Assembly: GCA_963801605.1 (NCBI GenBank)
Contig: CAWDFP010000006.1
Location: forward strand, 288,001-352,000
Reading direction: 5' to 3'
Origin: an uncultured candidate division Zixibacteria bacterium
GTDB lineage: Bacteria; Zixibacteria; MSB-5A5; UBA10806
Length of the DNA: 64,000 nt
The notes under the pieces are model-generated. The model had not been told where the DNA came from and made no database searches. It saw only the letters and a list, made by a program, of their open reading frames with translations. Shown one piece after another: positions 62,457 to 64,000 of the stretch (its first letter is position 1; each line of letters starts with the position of its first letter). Position numbers and translations under genes: made by a program.

Positions 62457-64000
62457 ATGAATAGGCACGCACTCGATAAGACAAACAGCAGAAAAGGCAT
62501 GGTCCTCGTAGTCTGCCTGATTCTGCTTCTCGTGGTTAGCCTTATTGGTATCGCATCCATAAGCAGCTCAACCAGTGAGATGAAAATATCGGGAAATGAA
62601 ATCAAACAAACCGGTTCGTTTTACGCTGCAGAATCGGGATTGGAAACAGCAGCGGCTTCAATCATTAGCAGCTATCAAACGGTGGGCGATCCGCCCAATC
62701 CTCTTCCCAGCGGATCAATCGTTGATGGCAACTTCCGCTACGATTATGCGACTCAGGATAATGGCCCGGCGGTACAAACATCCTTAAACGAAGGCGCTTA
62801 CACGGGGTTATATGGTCTTGTAAAGACATTCAATATCAACTCAACCGGAATTGATAGTGATCGGGAATCATCGGTAACATTAAGACTTGTAATGCAGGAT
62901 GCCTTGATTCCACTCTTCCAGTTCGCTGTATTCTATCAGAACGATCTGGAGATTGCCCCCGGTCCAAATATGATTCTTGGAGGCAGGGTGCACTCCAACA
63001 GCAATGTTTACCTGGAGTCCAATGCTAATCTAAACATCGATTCTTACCTGACGGCCGCCGGAAATATTTTTCACGGACGAAAGCCGGGAAGCGGGCAGAT
63101 TGACGCCACCGGAAATGTGTTTATAAAAGATAGAAACGGCAACTATCAAAACATGAAAAGCTCCGATGGAAGCTGGCTCGATTCACGAAACTCGGATTGG
63201 GTTGATGCCTCCATGGAGCGTTGGGGCGGCCTTGTCGAGGATAGAGATCATGGTATTTCGGAACTTAATATGCCTGTAGTTTCGCATGGGGACGCTACCA
63301 ACTTTATCGATCGCGGAGCATCAAATACCGACAGTTACGAAAACAAGGCCGGGCTCAAATTTGTAGATGGTCAGGCCCTATACCGTCAATCAAATGGATC
63401 CTGGGTTAATGTAACGGCTGCCCTGGTCGCTCAGGGAGTTATAGGTTCTTCAATATTTAAGGATGGGCGTGAAGCCGAGGATGTACATTCGCTCGATCTC
63501 GATATCCAGAGGCTTTCGGCCAGCGGGTATTACCCACCCAACGGCATTATCTATGGCTCGTTGCCGACCGGCAGCGGTTATCTCTCGGCAATTCGTCTGA
63601 AAAACGCGGCGACTTTACCCCAGGCTTTAACCGTAGCAACCAACAATCCACTATATACGATTGGAAATTTCAATACTGTTGCTAAGAAACCGGCGGCGCT
63701 TTTGGCCGATGCCCTTACAATCCTTTCGGGAAATTGGAATGACGCCAACAGCAATCAGAGTTTAAGCATGAGGCAAGCGACGGCCACCCAGGTCAACGCC
63801 TCATACCTCACCGGCAATACCGAAACCGGCACCGGAGGCCAGGGATATTGCGGCGGCCTGGAAAACCTTCCCCGCTTTCTGGAAAAATGGGATGGGGTTA
63901 CCTTTACCTGGCGTGGTTCGGCGGTCGATCTTTGGTATTCCCGACAGGCCACCGGGGCGTGGTCGTACGGCAACTACTATACTGCCCCCAACAGAGACTG
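62457..64000 (+). CDS. PilX-like minor pilin with large C-terminal domain (copy 2; runs off window)
   Basis: Hand translation MNRHALDKTNSRKG|MVLVVCLILLL...SFYAAESGL...IPLFQFAVFYQNDLEIAPGPNM...GGLENLPRFLE...YYTAPNRD; colinear with copy 1. Confidence 0.85.
   Translation, partial: MNRHALDKTNSRKGMVLVVCLILLLVVSLIGIASISSSTSEMKISGNEIKQTGSFYAAESGLETAAASIISSYQTVGDPPNPLPSGSIVDGNFRYDYATQDNGPAVQTSLNEGAYTGLYGLVKTFNINSTGIDSDRESSVTLRLVMQDALIPLFQFAVFYQNDLEIAPGPNMILGGRVHSNSNVYLESNANLNIDSYLTAAGNIFHGRKPGSGQIDATGNVFIKDRNGNYQNMKSSDGSWLDSRNSDWVDASMERWGGLVEDRDHGISELNMPVVSHGDATNFIDRGASNTDSYENKAGLKFVDGQALYRQSNGSWVNVTAALVAQGVIGSSIFKDGREAEDVHSLDLDIQRLSASGYYPPNGIIYGSLPTGSGYLSAIRLKNAATLPQALTVATNNPLYTIGNFNTVAKKPAALLADALTILSGNWNDANSNQSLSMRQATATQVNASYLTGNTETGTGGQGYCGGLENLPRFLEKWDGVTFTWRGSAVDLWYSRQATGAWSYGNYYTAPNRD

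Noticed and set aside
1088..63973. Numerous short antisense or overlapping ORFs in the supplied track (e.g. 13545-13760, 49179-49490, 51646-52263, 57379-57882)
   Set aside because: They shadow well-supported genes or the tRNA, or lack RBS and recognisable motifs; treated as spurious

Overview
Bacterial genomic DNA (roughly mid-40s % GC by eye) from a diderm, probably anaerobic organism. The FlgD-like/'secretion C-terminal' sorting domains and multiheme cytochromes suggest a Zixibacteria/Calditrichota/FCB-like lineage (inference only). The standout is a tightly coupled six-gene operon at 15962-26624 that looks like a complete cytoplasm-to-exterior electron conduit. It encodes a diheme-b-type membrane protein, a 20-heme cytochrome c (split by a +1 frameshift), a giant 58-heme cytochrome built of 72-aa triheme repeats, a 10-heme paralog, an outer-membrane beta-barrel and a membrane-anchored ferredoxin-FAD oxidoreductase, 88 CxxCH motifs in total. 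It is followed by an organic-acid uptake/catabolism module (AlgE-like porin, Na+:solute symporter, SatP, HMG-CoA-lyase-family enzyme, family III CoA-transferase). The window also has a GAF/PAS sensor (partial), a type III PKS, a UvrD-PD-(D/E)XK helicase-nuclease, a Zn-finger/ybbR/tsaD/ktrBA operon, a MATE pump, a ~2,200-aa secreted S8 protease (frameshifted), an M61 peptidase, tRNA-Asn, a heavily frameshifted nupC, tadA, rlmI, copA and a minor-pilin cluster with a sigma54-like promoter and duplicated pilW and pilX. Several single-base insertions in homopolymers suggest long-read assembly errors rather than true pseudogenes. No CRISPR array, rRNA or mobile element was seen.
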